Of a stretch of DNA of 64,000 bases, positions 30,052 through 39,346 are shown in pieces. The translations under genes and the position numbers were made by a program. Position 1 is the stretch's first letter; each line of letters begins with the position of its first letter. Below the pieces are notes generated by a model. The model searched no databases. It saw only the letters and a program-made list of their open reading frames with translations, and was not told where the DNA came from. The stretch comes from an uncultured Acidobacteriota bacterium (GTDB lineage Bacteria > Acidobacteriota > Thermoanaerobaculia > Gp7-AA8): contig CAVUKB010000007.1 in the NCBI GenBank assembly GCA_963741955.1, positions 128,001 through 192,000 of the forward strand. Direction: 5' to 3'.

Positions 30052-32177
30052 GATCGCTGAAGAAACTCGTCCTGGCGTGCGCTGCGGCCGTCGCCGCTTT
30101 CGGTACCGTCGCCGTTGCACAGGTCAAGGACTACCACGACATCAAGACCCCACCACTTCATCAGATCAGCATCCAGGAGCCGAAGCGTATCGAGCTCCCG
30201 AACGGCATGATCGTCTTCCTCCAGGAAGATCACGAGCTGCCGCTGATCTCGGGCACCGCCATCGTGCGGGGAGGGTCCCGCGACGTTCCCGCGGATAAGG
30301 CGGGTCTGATCGGGATCTACGGCGAAGTGTGGCGCACCGGCGGCACGGCGACGAAGACCGGCGACCAGCTCGACGACTTCCTCGAAGCACGAGCCGCTAA
30401 GGTGGAGACCGACGGCGACATCGACTCGACGTCGATCTCGTTCGATACTCTCAAAGGCGACTTCGACCCGGTGTTCAGCGTTTTCATGGACCTCCTCCGC
30501 AACCCGGAGTTCCGTCAGGACAAGATCGACCTGGCGAAGAACCAGATCAACACTTCGATCGCGCGTCGTAACGATGACGTCGGTGGAATCGCGGCGCGCG
30601 AAGCGACGAAGCTCGCGTACGGTTCCGCCTCGCCGTATGCGCGTGTTCCCGAATACGACACCGTCGCCGCAGTCACCCGCGACGACCTCGTCGCATGGCA
30701 CAAAGCCTACGTCCACCCCAACGACATCATCCTCGGCGTGGTCGGCGACTTCGACTCGAAGACGATGGAAGCGAAGCTCCGGAAAGCGTTCGCCGACTGG
30801 CAGCGCGGGCCGGAGGTGAAGGCGCCGGACGTGATCATCAAGAGTGCCGCGCCCGGCATCTACTTCATTCCGAAGGAAGACGTCACCCAGAGCACCATCA
30901 AGATCGTCGAACTCGGGACCACCAAGAACAACCCCGACTACTATGCCATCCAGGTGATGAACGAGATCTTCGGTGGAGGATTCTCGGGACGCCTGATGAA
31001 CCACATCCGTACGGAGAAGGGACTGGCGTACAACGTCGGCGGCGGAGTAGGAACTTCGTACGATCATCCCGGCATGTTCCAGATCTCCATGGGGACCAAG
31101 AGCGGATCGACCATCGAGGCCATCAACGCTCTCCACGGCGAGATCGAATCGCTTCAGAAGGGCCCCATCGCGCACTCCGAGGTCGCCACGGCGAAGGAGT
31201 CGATCCTCAACTCGTACATCTTTCTCCTCGATTCGGCGAAGAAGGTTCTTCGCGAGCGGATGACTCTCGAGTTCTACGGCTATCCGCCGGACTTCCTCGA
31301 GCGCTATCGCGCCGGGATCGAAAAGGTCACCCCGGAAGAGGTTCTCAGCGCGGCGAACAAATACATCCGTAACGGGCAGCTCGCGGTACTGGTGGTCGGC
31401 AAGCCGGAAGACTTCGACAAGCCGCTCTCCTCCCTCGGGCCGGTGAAGACCATCGACATCACCATTCCTCCGCCCGGTGGTGCGAAGGCGGAGGCAGTGA
31501 CGACTGACGACGCCGGAATGACGCTTCTGAAGAAGGTGAGCGGATTCATCGCCACGGATGCGAAGCTCGCCTCGATCAAAGCCACCAGCACCGACGCGAA
31601 ACTCACCGTCAAGACGCCGCAGGGTGAGATGCCGATCGAACAGCAGCAGCTCGTCGTCTATCCCGATACCATCCGGAAGATGCTCCAGACCCCGATGGGT
31701 GCCATGACCATGGTGTCCTCGCCCGCCGAAGCGTTCATGGTCACTCCGATGGGTGTGCGTGATCTGCCCGGCTCGCAGAAGGATGCGCTCCAGAAGGAGA
31801 TCCGGAGCGACATGCTCTACATCCTCAAGAACGCCGGGCAGCCGGGATTCAGCTTCTCCGCGAACGGAACCGAGAAGATCGGTGACGTCGAAGCTCAGGT
31901 GCTGAAGATCGACGCGGGTGGCAACTCCATCACCTGGTACATCGACCCGAAGAGCGGAGCCATCCTCCGCGAGGAGACGATGGGGCAGGGAATGGGCGGC
32001 GCTCCTGCGAAGCAGGCTGCCGACTACACGGCGTGGCAGACGGTGGACGGCGTCAAAGTCCCGAAGAGCTTCACCCTCACCGTGAACGGCGAGCCTGCCG
32101 GAACGGGCGAGATCGAGATCTTCGAGATCAATCCGAAGATCGACGAGTCGCTCCTGAAGAAGCCCGCAGGAAAGTAA
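30048..32177 (+). CDS. Exported M16 peptidase partner subunit with a C-terminal beta-rich extension
   Basis: LPNGMIVFLQEDHELP, FSGRLMNHIRTEKGLAY; no HxxEH; overlaps the upstream stop (ATGA). Confidence 0.88.
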   Translation: MRSLKKLVLACAAAVAAFGTVAVAQVKDYHDIKTPPLHQISIQEPKRIELPNGMIVFLQEDHELPLISGTAIVRGGSRDVPADKAGLIGIYGEVWRTGGTATKTGDQLDDFLEARAAKVETDGDIDSTSISFDTLKGDFDPVFSVFMDLLRNPEFRQDKIDLAKNQINTSIARRNDDVGGIAAREATKLAYGSASPYARVPEYDTVAAVTRDDLVAWHKAYVHPNDIILGVVGDFDSKTMEAKLRKAFADWQRGPEVKAPDVIIKSAAPGIYFIPKEDVTQSTIKIVELGTTKNNPDYYAIQVMNEIFGGGFSGRLMNHIRTEKGLAYNVGGGVGTSYDHPGMFQISMGTKSGSTIEAINALHGEIESLQKGPIAHSEVATAKESILNSYIFLLDSAKKVLRERMTLEFYGYPPDFLERYRAGIEKVTPEEVLSAANKYIRNGQLAVLVVGKPEDFDKPLSSLGPVKTIDITIPPPGGAKAEAVTTDDAGMTLLKKVSGFIATDAKLASIKATSTDAKLTVKTPQGEMPIEQQQLVVYPDTIRKMLQTPMGAMTMVSSPAEAFMVTPMGVRDLPGSQKDALQKEIRSDMLYILKNAGQPGFSFSANGTEKIGDVEAQVLKIDAGGNSITWYIDPKSGAILREETMGQGMGGAPAKQAADYTAWQTVDGVKVPKSFTLTVNGEPAGTGEIEIFEINPKIDESLLKKPAGK

Positions 32178-32289
32178 GAGACGATTCGATCGTGCGGGGG
32201 CGGACGCCCGTCCGTCCCTGCACGCCCTCGCACGCAGCACCAACCGAACATCCGACCGCGTGCGTGAGGGCCCCGAGGAGCGCGGGCCC

Positions 32290-32676
32290 CTACGCGACGT
32301 CGGCGCCGGCGTCCGCCAGCAGTTCCCGGAGTACCGAGCGGTGGCAGTGCGCTTCGTCCTCGCAGTAGCAGCCGACCGACAGGTTGGTCTGATGCGAGAG
32401 CGCGGCGAGAAGCGCGATCAGCCGCGCATTGTCCGCCGACGACATCTCGGAGCGGTACTTGCGGACGAAGGACTTCCAGTCGCGGTCGGTCGACGCGGAG
32501 CGGGCCTGCTTGACCAGATCAGCGTCCGGCGCGAGCTGGGGCAGCCAGACGTCGTACCAGTCATCGGACGCGAAGCGCTCCTTCGGAACTCCGCGCGGAG
32601 GGCGGCGGACGGTTCCGACGCGAAGCCCTTCGCCGGCGTGACGGGGGGATCCGAGCCGTACGATTCGAATGCTCAT
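32290..32676 (-). CDS. DUF488/YeaO family protein
   Basis: TVRRPPRGVPK, WLPQLAP, CYCEDEAHCHRSVL. Confidence 0.85.
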   Translation of the reverse strand: MSIRIVRLGSPRHAGEGLRVGTVRRPPRGVPKERFASDDWYDVWLPQLAPDADLVKQARSASTDRDWKSFVRKYRSEMSSADNARLIALLAALSHQTNLSVGCYCEDEAHCHRSVLRELLADAGADVA

Positions 32677-32828
32677 GGGCGAGGGCTATTCTATAGGAGT
32701 CTGCGTCAGCTCCTCGACGGCGTCGCCACCGCCGGTTGTGGGGTGAGTCCGCGCTCCTTCATCGCGTGCAGCAGGAATACGCCCGCACTTCTTCGCAATG
32801 CGCGAATCACACCCTGCGACCCGCTGCA

Positions 32829-32898
32829 ATTCTCATCACCGCCGTTCGATTCTCATCACCTCTTCGTAAGTGACTCTGTTAGTGAACGTTGATTCACT
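32829..32898. promoter_or_regulatory. Candidate activator binding sites: 12-bp direct repeat and a palindrome
   Basis: attctcatcacc at 32829-32840 and 32849-32860 (20-bp period); agtgaa-N6-ttcact at 32881-32898, about 150-220 bp upstream of a sigma54 motif. Confidence 0.5.
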
Positions 32899-33051
32899 TT
32901 TGAGTAGTCGTTTACGAAAACTGCTGTTGTCATTTGCATCAACGGCTCTGAATCGCATCGACGTATGCAGCGTTTTTCCGCAAAAAACATCTCCAGCGTT
33001 TGCTTTCACTTAGGTCGAAGATCGCGGACTTTTTCGTCACTTCGCCAACTC

Positions 33052-33066
33052 GGGCACATCCATTGC
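33052..33066 (+). promoter_or_regulatory. sigma54 -24/-12 promoter of the gcvH-like gene
   Basis: GGGCACATCCATTGC (GG-N10-GC, GGCAC..TTGC) following an AT-rich tract. Confidence 0.65.
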
Positions 33067-33119
33067 GCTAGAGAAGGGCAGATGGGCGGTCCCGGACGGG
33101 TGCCGCCAGGAGGTTGAAA

Positions 33120-33791
33120 ATGACAGTCCTTCTCATCGTCGCCATGTTCCTCGTGATCATCCTGATCGATCATCTCGTCACCCGCCAGCCGATCCCGGTC
33201 GCCTCCCCCGCGCCCGTTCGTCAGACCTCTGCCGAGTCTCGACCCGTTCCGGCCTTCGTCGGCGGGTTCTCCCTCCCCGACAATCTCCGCTACCACCCCG
33301 GTCACACCTGGGCGCTCCGTGAGAGCCCGAAGATGGTGCGCGTCGGTCTGGACGACTTCGCGACGAAGATCGCGGGAAAGATCGCTTCGGTCACCCTGCC
33401 GTCTCCCGGACAGTGGATCCGCCAGGGTCAGAAGATCTTCACCGTGGAGCGGAACGGACACGAAGTCGCAGTCGTGTCGCCGATCGAAGGCGCGGTCTCC
33501 GAAGTGAATCCCGCCATCGCCGAGAATCCGGACCTTCTCCATCAGGATCCTTATGGCGAGGGGTGGCTGATCACCGTCGACTCGCCCGACTCGAAGACGA
33601 ACTTCCGCAACCTCCTCGGCGGCACGCTCGCCCGACGCTGGCTCGAAGACGCCGCAGCGAAGCTCCGGCTCTTTGCCGCCGGACCGGTGGAAGCACTGGC
33701 GCAGGACGGCGGAGTGGCTCTCGACGACTTCACCGAGCATCTCACCGACGAAGAATGGGAGAAGATCACCCGGGAGTTCTTCCTCAGCTGA
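33120..33791 (+). CDS. Membrane-anchored glycine cleavage H-like protein lacking the lipoyl lysine
   Basis: YHPGHTW, VGLDDFA, SPIEGAVSEVN, DPYGEGWL; VERNG replaces the conserved ESVK; N-terminal TM helix. Confidence 0.82.
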   Translation: MTVLLIVAMFLVIILIDHLVTRQPIPVASPAPVRQTSAESRPVPAFVGGFSLPDNLRYHPGHTWALRESPKMVRVGLDDFATKIAGKIASVTLPSPGQWIRQGQKIFTVERNGHEVAVVSPIEGAVSEVNPAIAENPDLLHQDPYGEGWLITVDSPDSKTNFRNLLGGTLARRWLEDAAAKLRLFAAGPVEALAQDGGVALDDFTEHLTDEEWEKITREFFLS

Positions 33792-33869
33792 AGAACGACC
33801 GACGCTCCCCGGCCCGCGGGCGACCTCTCCGGCCCGCGGGCCATTCTGCGTTCAGGCGCCGCCGCGGAA

Positions 33870-34712
33870 GCCGCAGGTTCGGGCGCAGAGCGCCTCACAC
33901 GGGGCTACTCTCAATCGTGCCATTGGCCCTGGAAGTCGCGCGAGTGGGAGCACGCGCGGATTCGTGGGGTCGGGCAACCACAATTTTGGAGCTCCGCACG
34001 GAGGGTCAACCCCACAGAATGAGGCATTCCCGACTGACAGACGTAGCCTGCGGCGATAGCCTCCCCATGCGCGGACACGCTTGCTTGTTCCGCCGCGTCT
34101 CGTTACCCCGGCGGTCACGCCGCGTGCAGGATCTCGTTCGCGCGGTGGCGCGGGCGGCGCAGGCACGCGTCGCGCCCGCCGGGATTTGCGTGAAGGAGCG
34201 AGGTGTGGGGTGTACGCGCGCGGAACCCCCGGGTTCCGGCGCTACGCGCCTCACCCGGGGCTACTCTCAATCGTGCCTACGGCACTGGGAGAGGCGCGAG
34301 AGGGATGGATGCGTGCTTCGTGGGGTCGGGCAACCAAAGTTTTGGCTTACTGACGCTCCGGGCGAGTGATACGACGCCGGCGTGCGTTCCGTAAGAGAAG
34401 AGCGTCAGAGCTGCAGTATGAAGTATTCCGATCCGACCGACGCAGGCTGCCGCGATAGTTTCCCAATGCGCGGTTGAGCGTCCTCGTCCGGACGTCTCCT
34501 GCCTCCGGCGGTCACGCCACGTGCAGGGGTTCGTTCGCGCGATGGCGCCGGCATCGCAGGCACGCGTCGCGCCCGCCGGGATTTGCGTGAAGGGCAACGT
34601 GAGTTGTTCTTCGCGCGCGGAACCCCCGGGTTCCGGCGCTACGCGCCTCACCCGGGGCTACTCTCAATCGTGCCTACGGCACTAGCCCCAGTGGCTGGGA
34701 GTCGCGCGAGTG
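33870..34712. repeat. BIME/REPIN-like composite array: three GTAG-type REP copies with two related long spacers
   Basis: ggggctactctcaatcgtgcc at 33901, 34257 and 34654; palindrome ccccgggtt..cgcctcacccgggg; shared spacer blocks such as aggcacgcgtcgcgcccgccgggatttgcgtgaagg at about 34161 and 34558. Confidence 0.8.
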
Positions 34713-34809
34713 GGACAGAGGTGTGCCTGTCTCTCTCGGGTTGCCATTCCCGCAGCGAGCGGCGAGAATCGTCCCTTCGCGAACAGAACCAACCGGCGAC
34801 GCGCGGGTA

Positions 34810-35072
34810 TCGAGTTGCCGGTCACGAAGATCTATGCGACGAATGACGGCGTCGCGCCGTCGGCGAAGGTCCTCGCGAACCGCTCCCTTCTTCCCGAAAC
34901 GACGAAGTGGGTCGCGATCGAGGGCGGCAACCACTCGCAGTTCGGAAACTATGGGCATCAACTGTTCGACGGGAAAGCGTCGATCAGCCGCGAGAAGCAG
35001 CAGTCGATCGTCGGTGCGGAGCTTCTGGCATCGCTGAAGCGTGTGGCGTCGGCAGCGCAGAGCGAGCGATGA
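34810..35072 (+). pseudogene. 5'-truncated alpha/beta hydrolase fragment
   Basis: LPVTKIYATNDGVA..IEGGNHSQFGNYG..DGKASISREKQQ is the Asp/His C-terminal half; no nucleophile GxSxG half or credible start. Confidence 0.7.
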
Positions 35073-35103
35073 AACGGCGCGGTTCGCGATTCGAGCCGCG
35101 CGC

Positions 35104-35955
35104 TCACCCTTCCTCATCCGTCGCACGCGGGCGTGGGCTCCGGCACCATTCGCTCCACCCGCCCACGTAGAGCGATGCGCCGTGCATCCCGGCGATCTCG
35201 AGCGCGAGAAGGGTATGACACGCCGTGACTCCGGAGCCGCAGTGCACCACGAGGTGATCGGCGGAGGTTCCGGCAAGCAGCTTCTCGTACATCGCGCGCA
35301 GCTCGTCCGGGGCTTTGAATGTGCCGCCGGCGAGGTTCTCCGGGTACGGGAGATTCACCGCTCCGGGAATGTGTCCGGCGATCGGGTCGAGCGGCTCCTC
35401 CTTCCCCGCGAACCGCGGAGCGCTCCGGACATCGAGCACCCGCCAGGCGGGATCGGTACGCAGCTGATCGACCGCGTCGATGTCCACGAGCGAGAGCGAC
35501 CAGCCGCGGGCGGGGTACGGGGGCTGCGGAGAGACGACCGGCGACGCGGTGGTGAGAGGAATCCCTGCGGCGACCGCTGACGCGAGGCCGCCGTCTAGGA
35601 CGGCGACACGTTCGTGCCCGATCGCTCGCAGCATCCACCACGCGCGCGTCGCGGCGATCGCCCCCTCCTGGTCGTCGTAGACCACTACGTTGGTCGACGG
35701 CGTGATCCCCCACTCGCCGACCGTTCGACACCACTGCTCGAGATCCGGAAGGGGATGACGACCCCCGTGCACCGGATCCGCCGAAGGCTGACCGGCGCTG
35801 CTGAGCTGCGTGTCGCTGTCCGCGAAGCGGGCGCCCGGAAGATGCCCCGCGTCATACGACGCGCGATCCGTACGTGCATCGAGGAGGACCAGAGAATCGT
35901 TCGAGTCCAGTCCGTCTCTCAGCGCATCCGCAGAAACAATCGCTCCGCCTGTCAT
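35104..35955 (-). CDS. Two-domain rhodanese / 3-mercaptopyruvate sulfurtransferase (SseA-like)
   Basis: GHLPGA, GRHPLP, GHIPGAVN, CGSGVTAC active site, YVGGWSEW. Confidence 0.92.
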   Translation of the reverse strand: MTGGAIVSADALRDGLDSNDSLVLLDARTDRASYDAGHLPGARFADSDTQLSSAGQPSADPVHGGRHPLPDLEQWCRTVGEWGITPSTNVVVYDDQEGAIAATRAWWMLRAIGHERVAVLDGGLASAVAAGIPLTTASPVVSPQPPYPARGWSLSLVDIDAVDQLRTDPAWRVLDVRSAPRFAGKEEPLDPIAGHIPGAVNLPYPENLAGGTFKAPDELRAMYEKLLAGTSADHLVVHCGSGVTACHTLLALEIAGMHGASLYVGGWSEWCRSPRPRATDEEG

Positions 35956-36170
35956 GCGTTCGCTTCCTTCAACCATCGTTTCGCCTCATCATCCGGAGCA
36001 CTGCTGAGTCGAGCCTGTTCGCGCCGCACGCGTGAATCCAGGAGTCGATTCTCACGGCACCGCGTTTCGCGAGGAGAGTCGCCGAAGCGGCGGCGTTCTC
36101 GCGAACGAGACGATATCATCTCGCGCTGACCCGGCCAGGTCCGGATCGACGGTCGAGCGTGGCGCCAGAT

Positions 36171-36518
36171 CTACGACACCGCATCCTCTGATCCCGCCGG
36201 ATCGAAGCCCCAACGCTCGCGCATCCGCTGCTTGAATCGCTCCCGCTCCTCCGGCGTCATCCGATCGAAGCGTTCCTTCCTCCAGCGGCGGAAGCCGGAG
36301 TGATGTGAATGTGCGCGTCCGACTCCACCGAACAGGATTCTCGCGAGCAGCAGGAGGCCCAGCGCCTGCCAGAACGTGATCGCATGGAAGCCGAAGAGGG
36401 ACGGCAGCAGCCAGTTCCATAGCAGCTTCACCACTTCGCCGCCGAGGGCGATGAAAGCCGCGATTCCCACGATCGCCAGCGGTGCAATGAAAATCAGTCG
36501 TTTCACTTTCGGTCTCAT
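36171..36518 (-). CDS. Small membrane protein encoded directly downstream of an ECF sigma factor
   Basis: LWNWLLPSLFG..ITFWQALGLLLLARILFGG, MTPEERERF; follows the sigma gene on the same strand. Confidence 0.75.
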   Translation of the reverse strand: MRPKVKRLIFIAPLAIVGIAAFIALGGEVVKLLWNWLLPSLFGFHAITFWQALGLLLLARILFGGVGRAHSHHSGFRRWRKERFDRMTPEERERFKQRMRERWGFDPAGSEDAVS

Positions 36519-36528
36519 ATCCAGTCCC

Positions 36529-37113
36529 TCACAGGTTGATGAATTCGTCGTAGACGTTCTGTAATCGTTCGCGAAGACGGAGTACGGCGTAGCGCTTGCG
36601 CGAGAGGAGGGTGTTCACGTTCACTCCGCTCTCCGCGGCGATGTCTCTGAAGCTCCGCCCCTCCAGCTCGTGCGCCACGAAGACTTCCCGCTGCTCGGGA
36701 GGAAGCTCGCCGATCGCCACTGCGAGCTCCTCGAGGATGACGTGGCGCACGTACAGAGCTTCCGGTCCGGCGTCCGGCGAAGGGAGGAGATCTTCGACAT
36801 TCAGTGACTCGTCTTCCTCTTCCGACGAGGCGACGTCGCCGAAACGCAGCGGCTTCTTCCGCCGGAAAAGATCGGTGATGCGGTTTCGCGCCACGCGGAA
36901 CAGCCACCCGGTGACGTGCTCGATCGGCATCACGAGGCGATTCGCTTCCACCAGCTCGTAGAAGACGTCCTGCAGGATGTCGTCGACGTCACGCGGATCG
37001 AGAACCCTCCGGCGGATGAAGGCCCGCAGCCGCGACTCTTCCCGCTCGACTGCTGCGGAGATCCGCTCGTCCTGTTCCAATGCCACACGCTCCACGCTCG
37101 CCGCGTCGTCCAT
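36529..37113 (-). CDS. ECF RNA polymerase sigma factor
   Basis: DDILQDVF, WLFRVARNRITD, LPPEQREVF, NTLLSRKRYA; SD gaggag. Confidence 0.92.
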   Translation of the reverse strand: MDDAASVERVALEQDERISAAVEREESRLRAFIRRRVLDPRDVDDILQDVFYELVEANRLVMPIEHVTGWLFRVARNRITDLFRRKKPLRFGDVASSEEEDESLNVEDLLPSPDAGPEALYVRHVILEELAVAIGELPPEQREVFVAHELEGRSFRDIAAESGVNVNTLLSRKRYAVLRLRERLQNVYDEFINL

Positions 37114-37254
37114 CTCCTCTTCAAGACGAATGAGGGCCTCGAATATTGTAGGAGCATGAACGGAGAGATCGCCGATTCCAGCCGTTCCGATCGATCTCGC
37201 TCGACCGTCCTCTGATGCCCCTCCGGGCTTCGAACGTGGTAAGGTCCGGGCGGA

Positions 37255-37293
37255 GAGTCTGCGCGGTAGAAACTGTCCTGCTGCGCAGACTCC
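37255..37293. repeat. Internally deleted copy of MITE-like element A
   Basis: gagtctgcgcggtagaaact identical to 693-712, closed by gcgcagactcc. Confidence 0.65.
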
Positions 37294-37307
37294 CGGGGGA
37301 CGGAAGC

Positions 37308-37721
37308 TTGATCAGACCCCGAATCGCCATCGCCGCCGTGGCGGTCCTTCTCGCCTCGTGCGCCACAGGGACTCACTCGACCGAGGACCCGCGGCTCGAT
37401 GTCGCGGCGTCCATGCGGACGTCGACCCGGCGGGAGAGCACGGACTTTCTCTACCTGGTCCGGGTTCGAAACGTCTCCGGACACATGCTCTTCATCCGCC
37501 GAGTCGACGTCGAGCCGATCGGCGGAGGCCAGATCCGGCCGGCGTTCGCGACCTGGTCGAAACAGGTCGAGCCGGGAGAGGAGATCGCGCTCTCGATCTG
37601 GGCAGAGCTCGATCCGAAGGAGACGGCCATGGGAGTCGGCGACCAGCTGGCGAAGATCATCGTCTCGTTCGACGATGGGGCGGAGAAGATTCTCGGCACG
37701 TATCTCGTGCACTTGAAGTGA
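37308..37721 (+). CDS. Hypothetical lipoprotein
   Basis: IAIAAVAVLLASC lipobox; TTG start is inferred. Confidence 0.6.
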   Translation: MIRPRIAIAAVAVLLASCATGTHSTEDPRLDVAASMRTSTRRESTDFLYLVRVRNVSGHMLFIRRVDVEPIGGGQIRPAFATWSKQVEPGEEIALSIWAELDPKETAMGVGDQLAKIIVSFDDGAEKILGTYLVHLK

Positions 37722-37815
37722 GGACGCACACTCTTCTCGTGAATGTCGGGCTGGTGTTCCATGCGGCACGATATTCCGGAAACCGATCTCTACCGATGCC
37801 CGCGAGGAGGTTGCG

Positions 37816-38166
37816 ATGTCGAGACGCGCGCGTGTACGGCTTCGCGCGATCAAGCTCGCTCACACAGTTGTGTGGGCGCTGTTCGCCGGTTCGATCCTCG
37901 CCATTCCCGCCTTTGCGTGGATGCGGAATCTGCCGGTCGCATGGATCCTCATCGGAATCGTCTTCTGCGAAGTCCTCGTCCTCCTCTTCAACGGGATGCG
38001 CTGCCCGCTCACCGACGTCGCGGCAAAGTACACCGGCGACCGTCGCGACAACTTCGACATCTATCTTCCCGAGTGGCTCGCGCGACACAACAAGACGATC
38101 TTCGGACTCCTCTACGTGGTCGGGATTCTCGTGACCATCGCCGAGGAGCTGCGGCAGACCGGGTAG
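37816..38166 (+). CDS. Small membrane protein (DUF2784-like)
   Basis: HTVVW, RCPLT, FDIYLPEWLA; SD aggagg. Confidence 0.7.
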   Translation: MSRRARVRLRAIKLAHTVVWALFAGSILAIPAFAWMRNLPVAWILIGIVFCEVLVLLFNGMRCPLTDVAAKYTGDRRDNFDIYLPEWLARHNKTIFGLLYVVGILVTIAEELRQTG

Positions 38167-38220
38167 GTGGCGAGGGACGGCAGGGGCCGCGGGCGAGTGG
38201 AGACGAAATGTGAGATCGGG

Positions 38221-38940
38221 CTAAGCCGTGGCGGCGCGAGAGGTCGACTCTTCGTCCGCCGGGCAGTTCAGATCGCGCCGCCGTTCGAGATCGTTCCGCA
38301 CCGCGCGCTTGAAGTCTTCTTCGCTCGACGAATCCGCATTGAGGGCGGCCCGGTATTCGGCGATGTCGACCAGCTCGAGGTTCATGCGGATGGTCTTGAA
38401 GACTCCGACCCGCTTCTCGCCCGGCGCCTGCACGTGATGCAGCCCGCCGCTGTACGCGAGGAGCATCCGGCCTTCCTTCATCGCCTCGAGGATGTCCGCG
38501 ATCCCGCCCCGCACGGTCATCGGATTTCCGTGCGAATCGAGGCCGCCGCGCCGCATCATCCGCCCTTCCGGGAGAATGATCACCATTGAATTCCGCTCGA
38601 TCTTCTGCAGCACCGCCGCCCAGGTGTGGTCGCGCTCCCGGGTGATCGAGACGACGTGGTGTGCCACGAAGCGGAAGAGTTTCCCGACGAACGGGCGTCC
38701 GATCGTCTTTTCGGCCGCCGGCACCACTCCGTGATGGGCGATCCTCCAGAGGAAGGAGTTCGGGGTGCCCGCAGCGAACAGCGGCTCGAAGAGACTGGTG
38801 TGATTGAGCAGGGCGACCAGCCGGATGCGCTTCCACCGGTCGCGGGGAGGCGAGCCGATCCACCGGAAGTCGACCCGATAGAAGAGACGGGTGACCACCT
38901 TGATGGCCAGAAGCAGATTGAAAACGAGATAGCTTCGCAA
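38221..38940 (-). CDS. Lysophospholipid/glycerolipid acyltransferase family protein
   Basis: LNHTSLFE (motif I variant), ILPEGR (motif III); start codon uncertain (TTG). Confidence 0.78.
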   Translation of the reverse strand: MRSYLVFNLLLAIKVVTRLFYRVDFRWIGSPPRDRWKRIRLVALLNHTSLFEPLFAAGTPNSFLWRIAHHGVVPAAEKTIGRPFVGKLFRFVAHHVVSITRERDHTWAAVLQKIERNSMVIILPEGRMMRRGGLDSHGNPMTVRGGIADILEAMKEGRMLLAYSGGLHHVQAPGEKRVGVFKTIRMNLELVDIAEYRAALNADSSSEEDFKRAVRNDLERRRDLNCPADEESTSRAATA

Positions 38941-39099
38941 TGGAGATTCCCGATTCCGGCGGAAGCGTACACGACGCTTCCGGGTCGTTCAAGTCGGCCC
39001 GGTTTGCTGGAAAAACGAGGAGATGCGAGTTAAGTTGTTGTCAGGAAGGATGCTTGACGTCGTTCCGACGGAGTCGGAAGCGAGGCAGGAGGAACCGCG

Positions 39100-39330
39100 A
39101 TGAGCCGTGAATTCAAGCAGATGAAGCTGACCCCTCAGGAGCGGTCGGTGGCCCAGAGCCTGATGCGGGGCGAGAGCCCTCAGGACACCTGCGTGCGCCT
39201 CCACATCGCACGAAGCCGCTACCAGACCATCGTCCATCACATGTTGGAGCGAACGCACGCCCACAGCCAGGTCGAGTTGGTGAACCGGCTGATCGAGCTC
39301 GAATCGGGACCGCGAACCACCGGGCATTGA
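39100..39330 (+). CDS. Stand-alone LuxR-type HTH protein
   Basis: LTPQERSVAQSLMRGES..LHIA..SQVELV; SD aggagg. Confidence 0.7.
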   Translation: MSREFKQMKLTPQERSVAQSLMRGESPQDTCVRLHIARSRYQTIVHHMLERTHAHSQVELVNRLIELESGPRTTGH

Positions 39331-39346
39331 CAGTCCGGGCTCGGAG

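Noticed and set aside
33870-34712. Possible CRISPR array
   Set aside because: Periods are 356-397 bp, the spacers are homologous to each other, and there are no cas genes.
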